Shown here in pieces: positions 12,185 through 27,700 of a stretch of DNA of 64,000 bases. Under the pieces are notes generated by a model, which was given only the letters and a program-made list of their open reading frames with translations, was not told where the DNA came from and made no database searches. The first letter of the stretch is position 1. The number at the start of each line of letters is the position of its first letter. Source of the stretch: the human T2T-CHM13v2.0 reference genome, Homo sapiens; assembly GCF_009914755.1 (NCBI RefSeq), contig NC_060935.1. One strand, written 5' to 3'. The translations under genes were made by a program, and so were the position numbers.

Positions 12185-13466
12185 TAGCACCAGCTTTTAC
12201 AAACCCCAGAGCCCATCCAGGCAGTACCCCTCCTGGCTCCTGCCTTCCACATCCCATCATCTCCTGGCTCTGAGTCATCCAAAAGGGTAAGCATTCTCAA
12301 CTCTGCCTCCTGCTCCCCCCAGCCACGGGGTGCCTGGGGACATTGCCATCACCCTGTCAGCAGTGACTGTAGGCAGATGGGGAAAGAGGAAGATGGCAAC
12401 TGACTTTAAAAGATCCTTCTCCATCTCTCTCACAACTTAATATACAGACTTGTGATACCGCTTTCCAGATTGGTAGCAGGAAATGCCAAGTGGTGAGAGG
12501 GGTGGCGCAGGGAATATTTTAATCAAGGATTACAAGGATTGAGCAACGCCAGGCTCTGGAGGCCTAGCAGGAAGTTAGAGGGGGATTGTCAGGCCACAGC
12601 TTGTGCTCCTTGAACTCCTAAGGAGCCGAAGGTGGTGGGTGCGTCCCCTAACTCAGGCCTATTCTGCTGGGCTGTAGTTCATCTGAACAGGTAGCAGTAT
12701 CACCAGGCCCTTTCGGAGTCCTCTCTGCTGACCTGAAGGAACCAGCGCAACATCGCACAGTCGGCTGGCCTGCAGCCTGCCAAGGGCCAAGCGCACACCA
12801 CCTCCCCTTCCACCGTGACTGAAGCTTTGCCCAAAAGACCCTCTGAGAGGCTCAGAGTTTCTGGAGCCAAATGCATCTTCCAGAGAAAAGAAACACATTT
12901 CCAGAGACATCGGTTCTGTCAAGCTGTAAAGCAAAATGCCTCAGGGCAAAGTAGTAAAAGCCAAGACAAGGAGAGATGCTCATGGAGAAGAATTTCCCAC
13001 CTCCACCCGGGGACAGGAACGGTGAGACTCCAACCACTCCCTGGCTGAGGCCTGAGGCCGCGACAGTGCGAACTCCTGTGGGAAGTGGTGAGGTGGTGGG
13101 GTCCAGACCCAGCTGCTAATCTGGTGCCCCCATTGCTGCACTGCACAACTTTGAGCAGGTCCTTAATCTTGAAGCTCAGCTACTTCCTCTATTGTAAAAG
13201 GTGATCTTTTAACCCACCACACAGGGTTGTGGGATGTTCAGCTCCAGCGTCTAGGACATGAGAGGTGTCAAAGACAGAATTCACTTCCCAGCTGGAGGCC
13301 TGCACCTTGGCCCCCATTCTTCCCTCTCCCTCCCAGAGGACATATGCAGCCCCCCAAATCCTCCATTCAGCCTCTGAATAGATCTCACTTTCATCACCTT
13401 TGCCTCACCTTTGTCCCTCTCCATGGCTCTGGCTGGACCTTGGCCTGGCCTGGGAGCTCTTTTGTG

Positions 13467-13604
13467 TGTATGTGTGTGTGTTTTTGGTAGAGACGAGGTT
13501 TGCCATGTTGGCCAGGCTGGTCTCGAACTCCTGACCTCAGGTGGTCCGCCTGCCTCGGCGTCCCAAAGTGCTGGGATTACAGGCATGAGACACCGCATCC
13601 GGCC
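13467..13604 (-). mobile_element. Solitary Alu left monomer with TSD
   Basis: Left arm only, flanked by direct repeat ctgggagctctt. Confidence 0.85.
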
Positions 13605-15310
13605 TGGGAGCTCTTGTTACAGCAAACACTTCCCTATCCAGTCTCCCTACTGCTCCACCCTGCCTCAAATCCTTCTAACCTGTAGCTAGAGTTAACCGTC
13701 TCATGATATACTTAGAAACCTTTGACATTCCCTGTGCCCTCCCCGACACTCCCCCTCATACCCGCCCAGCACACACCCTGCCTCTCTGATCAGGCCAGGA
13801 TGTCTGACCATAACATGCAAAACTCCCCACACAGTGACATCCCAGGTCCACCATCTGCCCTCCCCACCCACCATGGCCTCTAGACCCCTGGCCCGTCTCA
13901 CAGTATGCCTGGCAAGCACTCTGTTTCCTCCAGGCTGTGTACTGCAGGCTCCTCTGCCAGGGATAACCTCCATCTCTGCTTCACCAGCAAAGACAAAATC
14001 CACAGCTCCACGTAAATGTCACCCTCCACCTGCAGCTCTCCTGGTCTTTCTAACAAAAGCAAGGGGGCCCTCTCTTCTAGTGCAGAACTCAACTGCATCC
14101 TGATTCTGAATTTGGGTTCAGTACTTTCCCCCTTTGCCCAAATCAGGGGTGCAAAAACAGTGGCTGTGCTGGGTTCATTTTCCCCTTTGACTGATCGATC
14201 CAGTTGCTAAGTTACATGCCAAAGAAGAGTGTGGGGAGAGAACTAAGGGTCACCACTGCCTACATCATGTTTAGGACTATGCCGTGGCTATTACATCAGT
14301 TGGCTTCTGCCCTGGAGATCACCGTCTAAGTCAGGGCAGAGGGACTCATCTATGATGCTTGCAACCAATGATCATGCTGTGGGAAGACGGGACAGGTTCA
14401 CAGAGAAGGTGGCCTTGGACCTAAGTCCCAAAGGTTGATAGATTTTGGGGGGCAGAAAATATAAAAGTCAGAAGAAATCAGGTACAGAAGCAAGGAGGCA
14501 TGACAGAGCACCTTCCAGGGACAGAGGTGTAGCCCAGCCAAAGTAGTGAGGGCGCAGAGAGGAAGCTAGAGACACTGAGGCCAGGTTGCAGAGGCTGCTG
14601 TTTGAGCAGCTCAGGATTTGGGCCTTTACAGATTATAAAGAGGGAACACTGGGGCTTGACTTGATGACAGACATATCTGCTTTGGCTGGCACAACCTGTT
14701 TCTCTTTTTGCTGAATGCCTTCAGCCATGTTTGTACTCTACATTGATCCCTGCCACCAGCCCTGCTGATTTCGTTACACCAAGCAACTAAAGACATTCGA
14801 GTTTGGGGTCCCTGCAAACAGGTAGTACCAGGGCCAGGGAAAATACCAAAGATTTTTACATGGGTACCAAATGGTGGAGCACAATTTTGAGGAGGGTGAT
14901 TAGACCAGAGGGGTTCAGCCAGGGGGAAGCTGCCGCAATGGCCATCCCAGGAGAACTCATCCAAGGTCCACCCAAGGGCCAGAAGCCGGGGAACTGATGC
15001 CAGACACATTTTGGAAGTAGGATCAAACTAGGCTTTTTATTTGGGTGATGCTGGATAAGCTTTTTGCCCTGTAACCATCCATCACACGTGGAATCCTGGG
15101 CCTGAGCCCCAGTGGCAAAAAGTGACAATGAACACCACGCCAGGAAGTACCATGCCCAGCCCAGAGCCACCACCCAGCAAATATTCATTCCTGTCACTGC
15201 CCTGGCCTTTCCATTGTCTCTAGGATGTTAAGGCCCCATCTTCCCAGTTCCACTTGTGCCCTCCTAAATCCTGCCTCCACAGAGTAATCAGAATATTCTC
15301 TTAAATATCT

Positions 15311-15610
15311 AGGCCAGGCATGGTGGCTCATGCCTGTAATCCCAGCACTTCGGAAGGCCGAGGTGGGCATATCACCTGAGGTTGGAAGTTTGAAACCAGC
15401 CTGGTCAACATGGCAAAACCCTGTCTCTACTAAAAATACAAAAATTAGCCAGGCGTGGTGGTGGGTGCCTGTAATCCCAGCTATTCGGGAAGCCAAGGCA
15501 GGAGAATCACTTGAACCCAGAGGCAGAAGTTGCAGTGAGCCAAGATCATACCACTGTACTCCAGCCTGGGCAACAGAGCAAGATTCTGTCTAAAAAACAA
15601 TTATAATAAT
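15311..15610 (+). mobile_element. AluS
   Basis: Full dimeric Alu. Confidence 0.93.
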
Positions 15611-15612
15611 AA

Positions 15613-16022
<410 letters not shown>

Positions 16023-16475
16023 CTGGACTTTGTTCTTTAAGAAAGCTATTGAGTTGCAAAAGTGAAATTGACTGTGTAGATCTGCCTTGTCCTTCAGCGC
16101 TCATCATGCTATGTGCCAGCCAAATTGGACCCCATCCTATTTCCCCAACCCCCATATGGCCAAGGTTTTCCTCATTAGCTCCAGCTTTGGGCTGGGATTC
16201 ATTCCCTCCCAACTTCAGCGGTCGGAATCTTCCCCTCCTCTCCAGGCCAGGAAGAAAGTGTCTCCTGCTGGAGTCCCCTGTCACCAATCTCACGGCAGGT
16301 CTCACCCTACCTTCAGTTACCCATTTCCCCGGGCCACTGTAGCAGGCAGCACACACACAGCTCTGTGGTCACCCTCGTGAAGCTGTTCCTCTAGTTCTGC
16401 TCTGTAGGGCTCCAGGCCCCTTCATCAGCCTTCTTGCAGTTTCCTCAGTCTGTGTGCATGCTCCTATCTCAGAAC

Positions 16476-16558
16476 TTTTTTTTTTTTTTTTGAGACAGTC
16501 TCGCTCTGTCCCCCATGCTGGAGTGCAGTGGTGCGATCTCGGCTAACTGCAACCTCCA
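16476..16558 (-). mobile_element. Alu 3' fragment
   Basis: poly-T-gagacagtctcgctctgtc...gcaacctcc. Confidence 0.85.
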
Positions 16559-16559
16559 C

Positions 16560-16850
16560 ATTTTTGTCATTCCCTTTGCCTGGCTTTATCCTTCCAGGTG
16601 CTGCGTGGATCCTTCTCTCACTTTGGGTATCTGCTCAAACATCACCTTCTCAGTGAAGCCGTCCTGATATTTAGAAAATCGGAGCTCCAGCCCCCCTCTT
16701 GGATGTGCCCCGTGTTATATTCCTCCACAGCATGAAACCTTCGGATGAACTGTGTGGCTCCTTTATCGCTCAGCCCGGTCCTGGGACACACACTCCATGA
16801 AGGCAGGGCCTTGGTTGATTTGTTTGCTCCGTTCACATATGATGAATGAG
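16560..16850 (+). mobile_element. L2 3' fragment
   Basis: atctgctcaaacatcaccttctcagtgaagcc...ctccatgaaggcagggcc...gatgaatgag. Confidence 0.6.
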
Positions 16851-16985
16851 TGGACAAAACTGCTTCATTGCCCCATTCCAGGTATCACCTTGGAATGTGT
16901 CTGGATCTGCCTGGATTAGAGCAGCTCAGGTGGTGGCCAGGACCCAGGCTACACACACACACGCACACCAGCTCAGGGCTGCATC

Positions 16986-17283
16986 TTTTTTTTTTTTTTT
17001 TGAGACGGAGTCTTGCCCTGTCACTCAGGCTGGACTACAAATGGAGCGAACTCGACTCACTACAACCTCCGCCTCCCGGGTTGAAACAATTCTCCTGCCT
17101 CAGCCTCCTGAGTAGCTGGGATTATAGGCACCCGCCACCACGCCCAGCTGATTTTTTGTATTTTTAGTAGAGACGGGGTTTCATCATGTTGGCCAGGCTG
17201 GTCTTGATCTCCTGACCTCATGATCTGCCCGCCTCGGCCTCCCAGAGTGCTGGGATTGCAGGCGTGAGCCACCGCGCCTGGCC
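16986..17283 (-). mobile_element. AluSc/Sg-like
   Basis: Full Alu; TSD cagggctgcatctt. Confidence 0.93.
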
Positions 17284-18141
17284 AGGGCTGCATCTTAATG
17301 CTCCTCTAAGGTCGTGAGCTATGTGAGGTTGGCCCCTTCCCAGTATCTTCCACTGCCCTGTGCCCTGGTGGACAAGAGGTCAAGGGGCCTAGAAGAGTTG
17401 GGCAGCAGAGCCTCAGGGCTTGGCCAAGAATGGGGGCATGGCCCCTGTGCCTTCATTTTACAATGTGTGGCTTTGAAGGGTGGTCCCAGAAATGGCAATG
17501 GACAAAGGCAAGTACCAGGCTGTACAGTCCGGAGCATATCTACCAACTTCCAACAGAGCAAGGGAAGAGAGGCGTCCAAGGCCATGTTATCACACATACA
17601 CCAGGTGGCTTACCAGGGCAGGGGCATTTTAAGTCAGCTTCACTGTCCTGCAGCAGTGGCCTGAAAAAAAAGGGGGCAGCTTTTATTCCGAGACATTGTT
17701 ACCACCTCAGACTCAGACCCAGGCACACCCTGGAGTCATCAGCAGCTCCATCAACTCCTGATGACTTGGGTACAAGGCCCCCTCACCTGGCAATCTGCAC
17801 ACTCCTCACCCCTCCCTGTTCCTCCCTCGGCCACCCTCTCCCATGCCTACTGTGCTCCAGGGCCAGCACAAGAGAAGGTGGGGGAGAGACACCCAGCAGC
17901 TGCTTTAGCAGCTTTCTGAGTGGAAAAAGCTGAGACTTCCAATTCTACCCTTCTCCTCTGAGCTCTCAGCGAGTGAGGACTACTGAGCTCCACAGATTCC
18001 TTGCCGCAGTGCTGGGTGCCAAGGGAGACGCGGAAGAGGTGGAGCTCCAGGAGGGCAGAGACGCCTTCCAGCCACTCATTGTGCAGCATCTCCAGTGCCC
18101 AGGACTTTGAGGAGGGTCAGAAATATTTGTTGAATGAATGT

Positions 18142-18440
18142 GGCCGGGCATGGTGGCTCATGCCTGTAATCCCAGCACTTTGGGAAACCAAGGTCCTTGG
18201 ATTGCTGGGCTCAGGAGTTTGAGACCAGCCTGGGCAACATGGCAAAACCCCGTCTCTACTGAAAATACAAAAACCAGCCGGGTGTGGTGGCACACACCTG
18301 TAGTCCCAGCTACTCGGGAGGCTGAGGTGGGAGGATGGTTTAAGCCTGAGAGGTGGAGGTTGCAGTGAGCTGAGATCTTGCCACGGTACTCCAGCCAGGG
18401 TGACAGAGCCAGCCCCTGTCTCAAACAACAACAACAACAA
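18142..18440 (+). mobile_element. AluJ inserted in an L2 tail
   Basis: Alu with (CAA)n tail, flanked by ttgaatgaatg (L2 3' end motif). Confidence 0.88.
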
Positions 18441-19176
18441 CTTATTGAATGAATGAATAGGAGAATGGTAATTCTCTTGGGTAATCCTGTTCCTCATTGC
18501 CATGCGCAATGGTTTCTCAGAACTTGTACCAAGTCTCTTCATTTCTGCCTTTAGGGAAACTTTTGACAACCATCCCTCAAGGCCAGGTGAGCAGGCTGTC
18601 CGGGGTAACAGGACATATGAATAGCATTGCTGCATTTAGTTAAACCAGAAGGAACTGAAGATGAGTTCTGAGCGTCTACGGATTCTATGTATTTGGGGAG
18701 GAACAAAATAAAATATCTATGTTACAGAGAGCAAATCATTCTTTTACAGGTGTCAGAATTGAAATCCAGGGAGGCTAAATGATTTGCCCAAAGTCATGCA
18801 GCAGAAAATGGCACAGTTGGCCTTAGAATGCGACTCATCCCAAACCAATGCTAGGCACAGCCAGACCACAGGAGTCAGCCCACTGTGAGGACAGTGAAGG
18901 GTGATGACTCAAGCTTGCTAATGTGGGTTACCCGCACCTTGGTTCAACCACCAATGAAAAAACAGCCACTGATGAAGAAATATGGTGGGTACAGGGTGCA
19001 GCAGACCTGAGTGTACACACCCAGGACCTGCCAGCTCCTCTCAGAGGTGGCGATGCAGCCCAGTGCCCAGTCTACGTGGAGGGAGGAGCACTCCAGGTGA
19101 GAAGCTCTACTTGGCTTGCCATCTGCTATTAATATATGTATATCTGTATCGATAGATACTAGAAAAGTTCTTGCGT

Positions 19177-19443
19177 TCTTGCTCTGTCACCCAGGCTGGA
19201 GTACAGCGGCACAATCACAGCTCACTGCAGCTGCAAACTCCTGGGCTCAAGTGATCCTCCCACCTCAGTCTCCTAAATAGCTGGGACTACAGGTACACGC
19301 TAACAGCCCAGCCAATTTATTTTTCTGTAGAGAAAGTGTCCCACTATGATGCTCAGACAGGTCCCCAACTCCTAGTCTCAAGCGATCCTTCTGCCTCCGC
19401 CTCCCAAAGTGCTGGGATCACAGGCATAAGCCACTGCACCCAG
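19177..19443 (-). mobile_element. AluJ
   Basis: ctcctgggctcaagtgatcctcccacctcag diagnostic of AluJ. Confidence 0.88.
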
Positions 19444-19689
19444 ACTATCTGCTATATTTTTAAGCCTGGTGAAGCCATTACAAATAACACTCAGATGACC
19501 TTTTTTCTCTGCCACTGCTCTATTACCTGTTCACTTCTGTCCCTCATTTCTCCTAGAGTCATCAGGCCCACTGAAGGGGCCAGGGCAGCAGGACTCAGTC
19601 TGTCACCAAGCCTGGCTTTAGGCCACCATGATTGTTTTCCCCAGAGTTGCAATTCAGCAGGAGTAGGCAAGACCTACGCCAGCTGCAAT

Positions 19690-19915
19690 GGCACCCTGGA
19701 CTACAGGGCTCTGGCCACGCTGCTATCGATGCTTAGGACTAGGCCGTGCTTTGTGTTGGGAGGGCTGTCCTGTGCATTGTAGGATGTTTTCCAGCATCCC
19801 AGGCCTATCCCTGCTAGATGTCAGTGCCACACACACCCAAATCTCAGCAATCACAAACATCCCCAGACATGTCCCCTGGAAGACCACCAGTGTGCAAGAT
19901 ACAGATACTGTAGAA
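19690..19915 (+). mobile_element. MER20
   Basis: gggctgtcctgtgcattgtaggatgttt..cagcatcccaggcct...ctagatg...ccagacatgtcccctgg. Confidence 0.8.
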
Positions 19916-21254
19916 TAACAGGAGGGAGAGGGAGCACGTGAGAGCCCAAGGGCAGAGGGGATGATAGAACAATCTGGCGCTGGAGACGGAGCTGATCTGA
20001 GCACTGTGGCAGCAACAGGGATGTTCACCAAATCTTCCCTTTGCTATCCTGCCTTTCCCATCCCCCTTGTAGCCAAGAGAACTCGCTATATGACTAGCTC
20101 TGACCATGAAATATTGGCAGAAGAGACAGGTGTCATTCCCAAGCCCAGGCGGTGAACAGCCCTGTGGGGTTCTCCAGCCTCTGTCTCCCTGACATGGTGC
20201 CTAAGAGGTCATATGTTCCTCCTGGTGTAGGGAAATCCAGGTCCCTGAGGGACTGTGCAGAACAAGATGCCCCCAAATGAACAGAGAGCAAGGCACGGGC
20301 CTCTAAGGTGTAAGCCTTGCAGGGTGGGTGGTAGAGCCTCACCTGCTCTGACTGATGGAAATCGGCAGAGGGAAGAAGGGAAACCCCTTCTGATGGGGGT
20401 GGGAGGCCTGAAGGAAGCCCTGGAGATGGGAAAGTCCTAGAGGGAACTGGCTGTACTGGAACAGCCACACTGTGCCAGGAAGTTGCAAAAACTTGTTGCA
20501 GGTGGGAGGCGGGGTGTGCAGCGGGCAGCCCACTCACAGAGGCTGGAGTGAAGGATGTGTGGTCAACAACACGGATGATCAGAGGAGAGACATTTTTAGG
20601 AATTCATTGCGTTTGTGGAGTAAAAGAAAGCAGACACGACACATAGAACCTGCTGAATGATGTCAATTATATAAAGTGCAAGCCAGATAAAACATATCTA
20701 CCTGTTAGAGTTTGAGACGGTGCTGACCTTGGAGGGGGGGCTAGGGCCTGAGAAAAGCACTAGGGATGTCTGCGGGGACACACTCTGCTCTGGCCTTCTC
20801 CTGAATCCACTGGCATTCATCACACGGTTCCCTAACCCGCAAATGTTTGTACTTTTACACTTCAATGACAAGTCATTAAAATCCACTAGCTCCATCATTA
20901 TTAAAAAGTCTTTATTTGTGCACAGTGCTGTACAAGGTTTTATCCAAGGAGAACTGAGCATGTCTCAAACTCTGTTTTAAAATAGCAATTTCAGGGCTGA
21001 TGTACAGCTGCTGTTGACTCATCTTGCTTTCTGCATAGAACAGAAATGAGGATAATCCATAATCATTTGTTTCTCCCCAAGGCCGTGGGCTAGAAGAGGA
21101 TATTGATTTGTAAGAATTACTCATGCTGACCGAGGACTGTTTGCCAGCCCCAGGTTAGCAAAGGAGGCCCAGCTGACTCAGACAGCCTTGAGAACATTGG
21201 GTTCTTCTGGAGTTTGAGGGAACAATAACAGAATGCCTTCTCTTAGCCAAGTGT

Positions 21255-21443
21255 TCCTTGGGTCTTCAGTGTGGTCTCCAGTCCAGCAGCCTCAGTTTCA
21301 CTTGGGAACTTGTCTGAAATGCAAATTCTTGGGCCCCACTGCTGACATGCTGAATCAGAAACTCTGGTAGCGGAGCCCAGCATGTGTGTTTTCACAACTC
21401 CTGCAGGCAGTTCTGCTGCACATTCGAGTGAGAACCACGGGCT
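21255..21443 (+). mobile_element. MER5A
   Basis: gtgtggtc..ccagcagc..cacttgggaacttgtctgaaatgcaaattcttgggcccc...gaatcagaaactctgg...tgagaaccac. Confidence 0.85.
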
Positions 21444-22994
21444 AAATCCATTGAGAAACAAAGCAAAAGAATAAGGCCGTGAAGCTGTCAGACCACCTTC
21501 ATCCTTGATAAAGCTAGCACTAGAGAATGTGGGCTTATGCCTGTGGCAACTGGGCTTTCTAATACTGAACCCCAGACTTGCCCCTCCCAGGTGGGAGCCT
21601 GGCCTCTGTGAAACTATGGCATGGAAGAGCATACTATGGCGTGGAGGTGCTTATGCTTCCTGCAGACAGCTCATTCCCCAAAGGAAAATCCGGGAACAGG
21701 ACTGGGCTACAAACCTACCAGTCAAGCAACTCATCCCACCTGCCTGGAAGCAAATGAGTGGACCACCAGGGAAAGGGTATGGTGCTGACTGATGACTGTT
21801 GCATCCACGCTGGAGGAGGGAAGCCCCCCAAACCAATGCATTTCCTAAGTATTAGTGACTAGCTTCCCCGCTTTGTGTTGCTACACCCATCAGCTTTGGG
21901 CTTACACAGTTGGGAATAGAACTTGACCAGGACTGACATCTGATAGTTACAGAAGCACTCTTCATGGGTCACTGCCCAGCTTGACGGGTGTGGGCAATTC
22001 ACGGGTGAAGAAAAGTGGGTTCTTGTTCTGAGACTTCAGCTTCCCATCAGAGCATCCCAATGATAAAGACACACTGCAGTCTTTCTGCCCTGTGCAGAAG
22101 AGAGCCAAGAAGAAATCCAGCCAACAGGGCATGAAAAGTGAGAGCCAAGTATGTTCTGTTTCCTCAGAAAGATTTTGACTAGGTGGTGCTTTGACCTGTC
22201 ATTATCTTAATGCATTTTTTGGTATCTGAACATAGGCAATCTTCATCACTCGTTTTTTTTTCCCCGCAAGATGGTGAATTACAGGCTTCTAGCATGCCTC
22301 AGCCACTTGGAAATAGCAAAATAGTGCATAAAGATCAATTCTGTGAGCTTTAAGATGGAAAATGGGAATCCATCAGCATAACAAAAGACATCCCAGATCC
22401 CAAGGAGAAGGTAGGCAGGCAGCCCCCATGATGGCACCCAGCCAATAAAAGTGAGTGACGCCCCAGAAACTAGGAGGGTCAGAGAGTCCCTCATGGCCCA
22501 TCTTTCCGCAGGGGTTCCATACAACCCAGGCCAAGGGAGAGCATTTCATTTCTCCCAAGCCCTGGAGCGGACTTATGAAGCAGCTTGGACACGGAAAAGT
22601 GGCAGATATTTTCCCAGACCCGGGATCAAGAGAAGGATGCCACTTTTAATCCAGGCTCATACAAAGTCAGTCATTCTTTGGTGACCCTGGCAGTGTAGCC
22701 ATGCAGGCATTTTAGTCTCAGGTTAGAGATTGGAGCATTTGCTCTGGAGCAGGGTAGGGCCCTCCACAGCCAGAACTGGGCAGCAAATGTGGAAGGTGTC
22801 CCAGCAGTAGGCACTGGAACTGTGCTCTCCTCTGTCACAGGCCTGGAGTGGGAGGAGGGCTGCCACGGCCACAGTTTCTCCTGGGCAAAAAGATTTGTAG
22901 TCAGAGCCAACTTGGCACCCTGGAACCGTCTGCATGTGTAATTACTGGGTGCCTTAGAGATCGTGGCACAGCAGGGCCCTCTCTACTCTACCCC

Positions 22995-23365
22995 CAGACA
23001 TATCTCCAGGTATTTGGAGCAGCTGCTCACCTGAACTAACAGCCTGAACTGCTCCAGTCTTCCTGAGTGAGTCCTTGGTGTAGCGGGGCCCTCTTTGCTC
23101 CACACTCAGGGAGACCTCCAGGCATTTGGAGCACCTGCTCCCATGGATTAGCAGCCTGGATCACCCCATCCTTCCTGTATGGAGTTTGTGGTGCAGGAGG
23201 CGCTCTCTTTGCTTCATGCCCAGGCAGATCTCCAGGCATATAGAGCACCTTCCTACCCAGATAGCCTGAGTTACTCCACCCTTCCTGAGCAGAGATCATG
23301 GTGCAGGGGGCCATTTTTGATCCTCCAGGCAGATCTCCAGCAATCTGGAGCACCCACTCACTCTC
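22995..23365 (+). repeat. Four diverged ~110-bp tandem units in the old L1 5' UTR
   Basis: Recurrent (cag)atctccaggcatttggagcacc at ~23000, 23112, 23225, 23330. Confidence 0.75.
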
Positions 23366-23802
23366 CTAGAGCAGGAGTTTAGGATGCCCCCACTCCCTGT
23401 GCAGAGAACTTGGAGCTGAGAAGTTCCCCAGCTCCATACCTAGGCACACCTCTGGGTGCGTGATGGCTGCCCATTGGACCTCTTCCTCTGCACTGGTGCT
23501 TATGCTTGCCATTAGGGGACCTGTAAGCAGTCATTCCCAGTCCAGCCCCACTTATCTTGGTCCTGTCCACCCACCCATCTTGGTCTCCCCTTCCGGGGGT
23601 TGAGCAGGGAGTTCGGACCATGGTGCACTGCACAGATCAACCCATTGCCTGAGGAAAAAAGAGAGCTTCTTCCGGTAACAAGGATCAAGTATACACTCAT
23701 CTGTGTTGGCTGCAGCTGGCTTTTACCCACAAGTGCCATCCACTGGCCTGTAGATCAAACCACACTGCCCAATATAAAACCTGCCAACAGAAGTGCATAG
23801 GG

Positions 23803-24445
<643 letters not shown>

Positions 24446-25050
24446 CTAACAGGCTAACAGGGAGCTTCTCAGCAGAAACCTTACAAGCCAGAAAAGACTG
24501 GGGGCTTCTTATGGCATTCTCAAAGAAATTCCAACAAAGATGCTATATCCTACCACACTAAGCTTCATAAGCAAAGAAGAAATAACCTCTTTTATAGACA
24601 AGCAATCACTAAGAGAATTTTTTTACCACCAGACCAGACTTATAAGAGATCCTTAAGGGTGTTCTAAACATGGAAATGAAAAAACAATACCTATCACCAC
24701 AAAACACTCTTACATACATGGCTCACAGACCCTATAAAGCAACCGCACAATAGAAACTACAAAATAGCTAGCTAATAACTTCACGATAGGATCCAAACCT
24801 CACATATCAACGTTAACATTGAATGTCAATGTTCTGAATGCCCCACGTAAAAAGCACAGAGTGACAAATTCGACTTTAAAAAAACCAAAGACCCATACAT
24901 CTACTATCTTCAAGAGACCCACCGACATTTAATGACACCCATAGGTTCAAAGTAAAGGGTTGGAGGAAGATCTATCATGCAAATGGAAAATAAACGAGAG
25001 CAGGAGCCAATAGTTTTATATCAGATAAAACAAACTTTAAATGAACAACA

Positions 25051-25052
<2 letters not shown>

Positions 25053-25092
<40 letters not shown>
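25053..25092 (+). repeat. ~40-nt poly(A) expansion inside old L1 ORF2
   Basis: Direct reading. Confidence 0.9.
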
Positions 25093-25094
<2 letters not shown>

Positions 25095-25612
25095 CAAGGG
25101 CATTACATAATGACAAAGGGATCAATTCAACAAGAGACTTAATTATCCTGAACATATATATGCACCCAACATTGGAGCATCCAGCTTAATAAAACAAGTA
25201 CTTCTGGACTATGAAAATACTTAGCCACACAATAATTGTGGGGTCCTTTAACACTCAACCAACGGCATTAGATCATCAAGGCAGAAAACTAAAAAATTTT
25301 GGACTTAAATTTGACATTTGACCAATGGGGCCTAATAGACAGCTACAGACTATTCTACCCATCAGTCACAGAATATACATTCTTCTCATCTACATACAGA
25401 AAATACTGTAAGATTGACCACACGCTCAGCCAAAAAGCAAGTTTCAATAAATTAAAAAACCTGAAGTCATGCCAACCATACTCTAGAACTACAGTGGAAG
25501 AAAAACAGAAATCAGTACAAAGAAGATCTCTCAAAACCACACAATTACATGGAAATTAAACAACTGCTCCTGAATGACTTTTCAGTAAACAATGAAATTA
25601 AGGCAGGAATCA

Positions 25613-25918
<306 letters not shown>

Positions 25919-26017
25919 TATTTGGAATACATGAAAACAGAGACACACATACCAAAATTTCTGTGATGCAACAAAAGCAGTGTTAAGAGGAAAGTTTATA
26001 GCACTAAATGACTACTT

Positions 26018-26295
26018 CTTTGGAAGGCCAAGGTGGGTGGATTACTTGAGGTCAGGAGTTCGAGACCAGCCTGGCCAACATGGTGAAACCCCGTCTCTAC
26101 TAAAAATACAAAAATTAGACGGGCATTGTGGTGCATGCCTGTAATCCTAGCTACTCGGGAGGCTGAGGCAGAATTGCTTGAACCCGGGAAGCAGAGGCTG
26201 CAGTAAGCCGGAGGCTGCAGTGAGCCGAGACTGTGCCACTGTACTTCAGCCCAGGTGATAGAGAGCAAGTCTCCATCTTAAATAAATAAATAAAT
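26018..26295 (+). mobile_element. 5'-truncated AluS with internal 17-nt duplication
   Basis: gaggctgcagtaagccggaggctgcagtgagccg. Confidence 0.9.
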
Positions 26296-27397
26296 ATAAA
26301 TGCTTACATCAAGAAGATGGAAATATCTCAAATTAACAATCTAACATGATACCTACAGGAACTAGAAAAACAAGAACAAACTAACCCCCAAACTAGCAGG
26401 AGAAAAGAAATAACTAAAATCAGAGCAGAACTGACATTGAGGCCCAAAAATCCATACAAAAGATCAACAAAACCAAAAGTTGGTTATTTGAAAGAATAAA
26501 AATAATCAATAGACCACTACCTAGATTAATAGAAAAAAGAGATGTGATCCAAATAAGCACAATCAGAAATGAGAAAGGTGACATTACAACTGATCCCACA
26601 GAAATACAAAAGATCTTCAGAGACTATTATCAACACATCTGTGAGCACAAACTAGAAAATCAAGAGGAGATGGATAAATTCTTGGATGCACATAACCTCC
26701 CAAGATTGAATCAGGAAGAAATCGAAACTCTGAATAGAGCAGTATCAAGTTCCAAAATTGAATCAGTAATAAAAAACCCAGCAGCCAAGAAAAGCTCTAG
26801 ACCAGATGGATTCACAGCTGAATTCTACCAGATGTACAAAGAAAAGTCAATACCAATTCTACTGAAACTATACCCAAAAATTGAGGAAGAGGGAATCCCC
26901 CCTAACTCATTCTATGAAGCCAGCACAACCCTGATACGAACACCTGGCAAAGACACAACAAAAAAAGAAAACTACAGACTAATATCCCTGATGAACACAG
27001 ACACAATATCCAAAACAAAATATCAGCAAATCAAACCCAGTTAATTCACCATGATCAAGTCAGCTATATTACTGGGATGCAAGGCTGGTTTAAGACACAC
27101 AAATCAATAAATATGATTCACCAGATAAACAGAAATAAAAACAAAAATGATATGATTATCTTAACAGATGCAGAAAAATCTTTTGATAAAATCCAATATC
27201 CCTTCGGGATAAAAACCTTCAACAGAGTAGGCATTAAAGGAACATATCTCAAAATAATAAGAGCCATCTATAACAAACCCACACTGAACAGGCAAAAGCT
27301 GGAAGGATTCCCCTTACGAACAGGAACAAGACAAGGATGCCCACTCTTACCACACCTATTCAGCATAGTACTTGAAACCTTAGCAAGAGCAATCAGG

Positions 27398-27700
<303 letters not shown>

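Noticed and set aside
22995-23365. Repeat-spacer-like periodicity resembling a CRISPR array
   Set aside because: Units are diverged along their whole length and sit in an L1 5' UTR; eukaryotic context, no cas genes.
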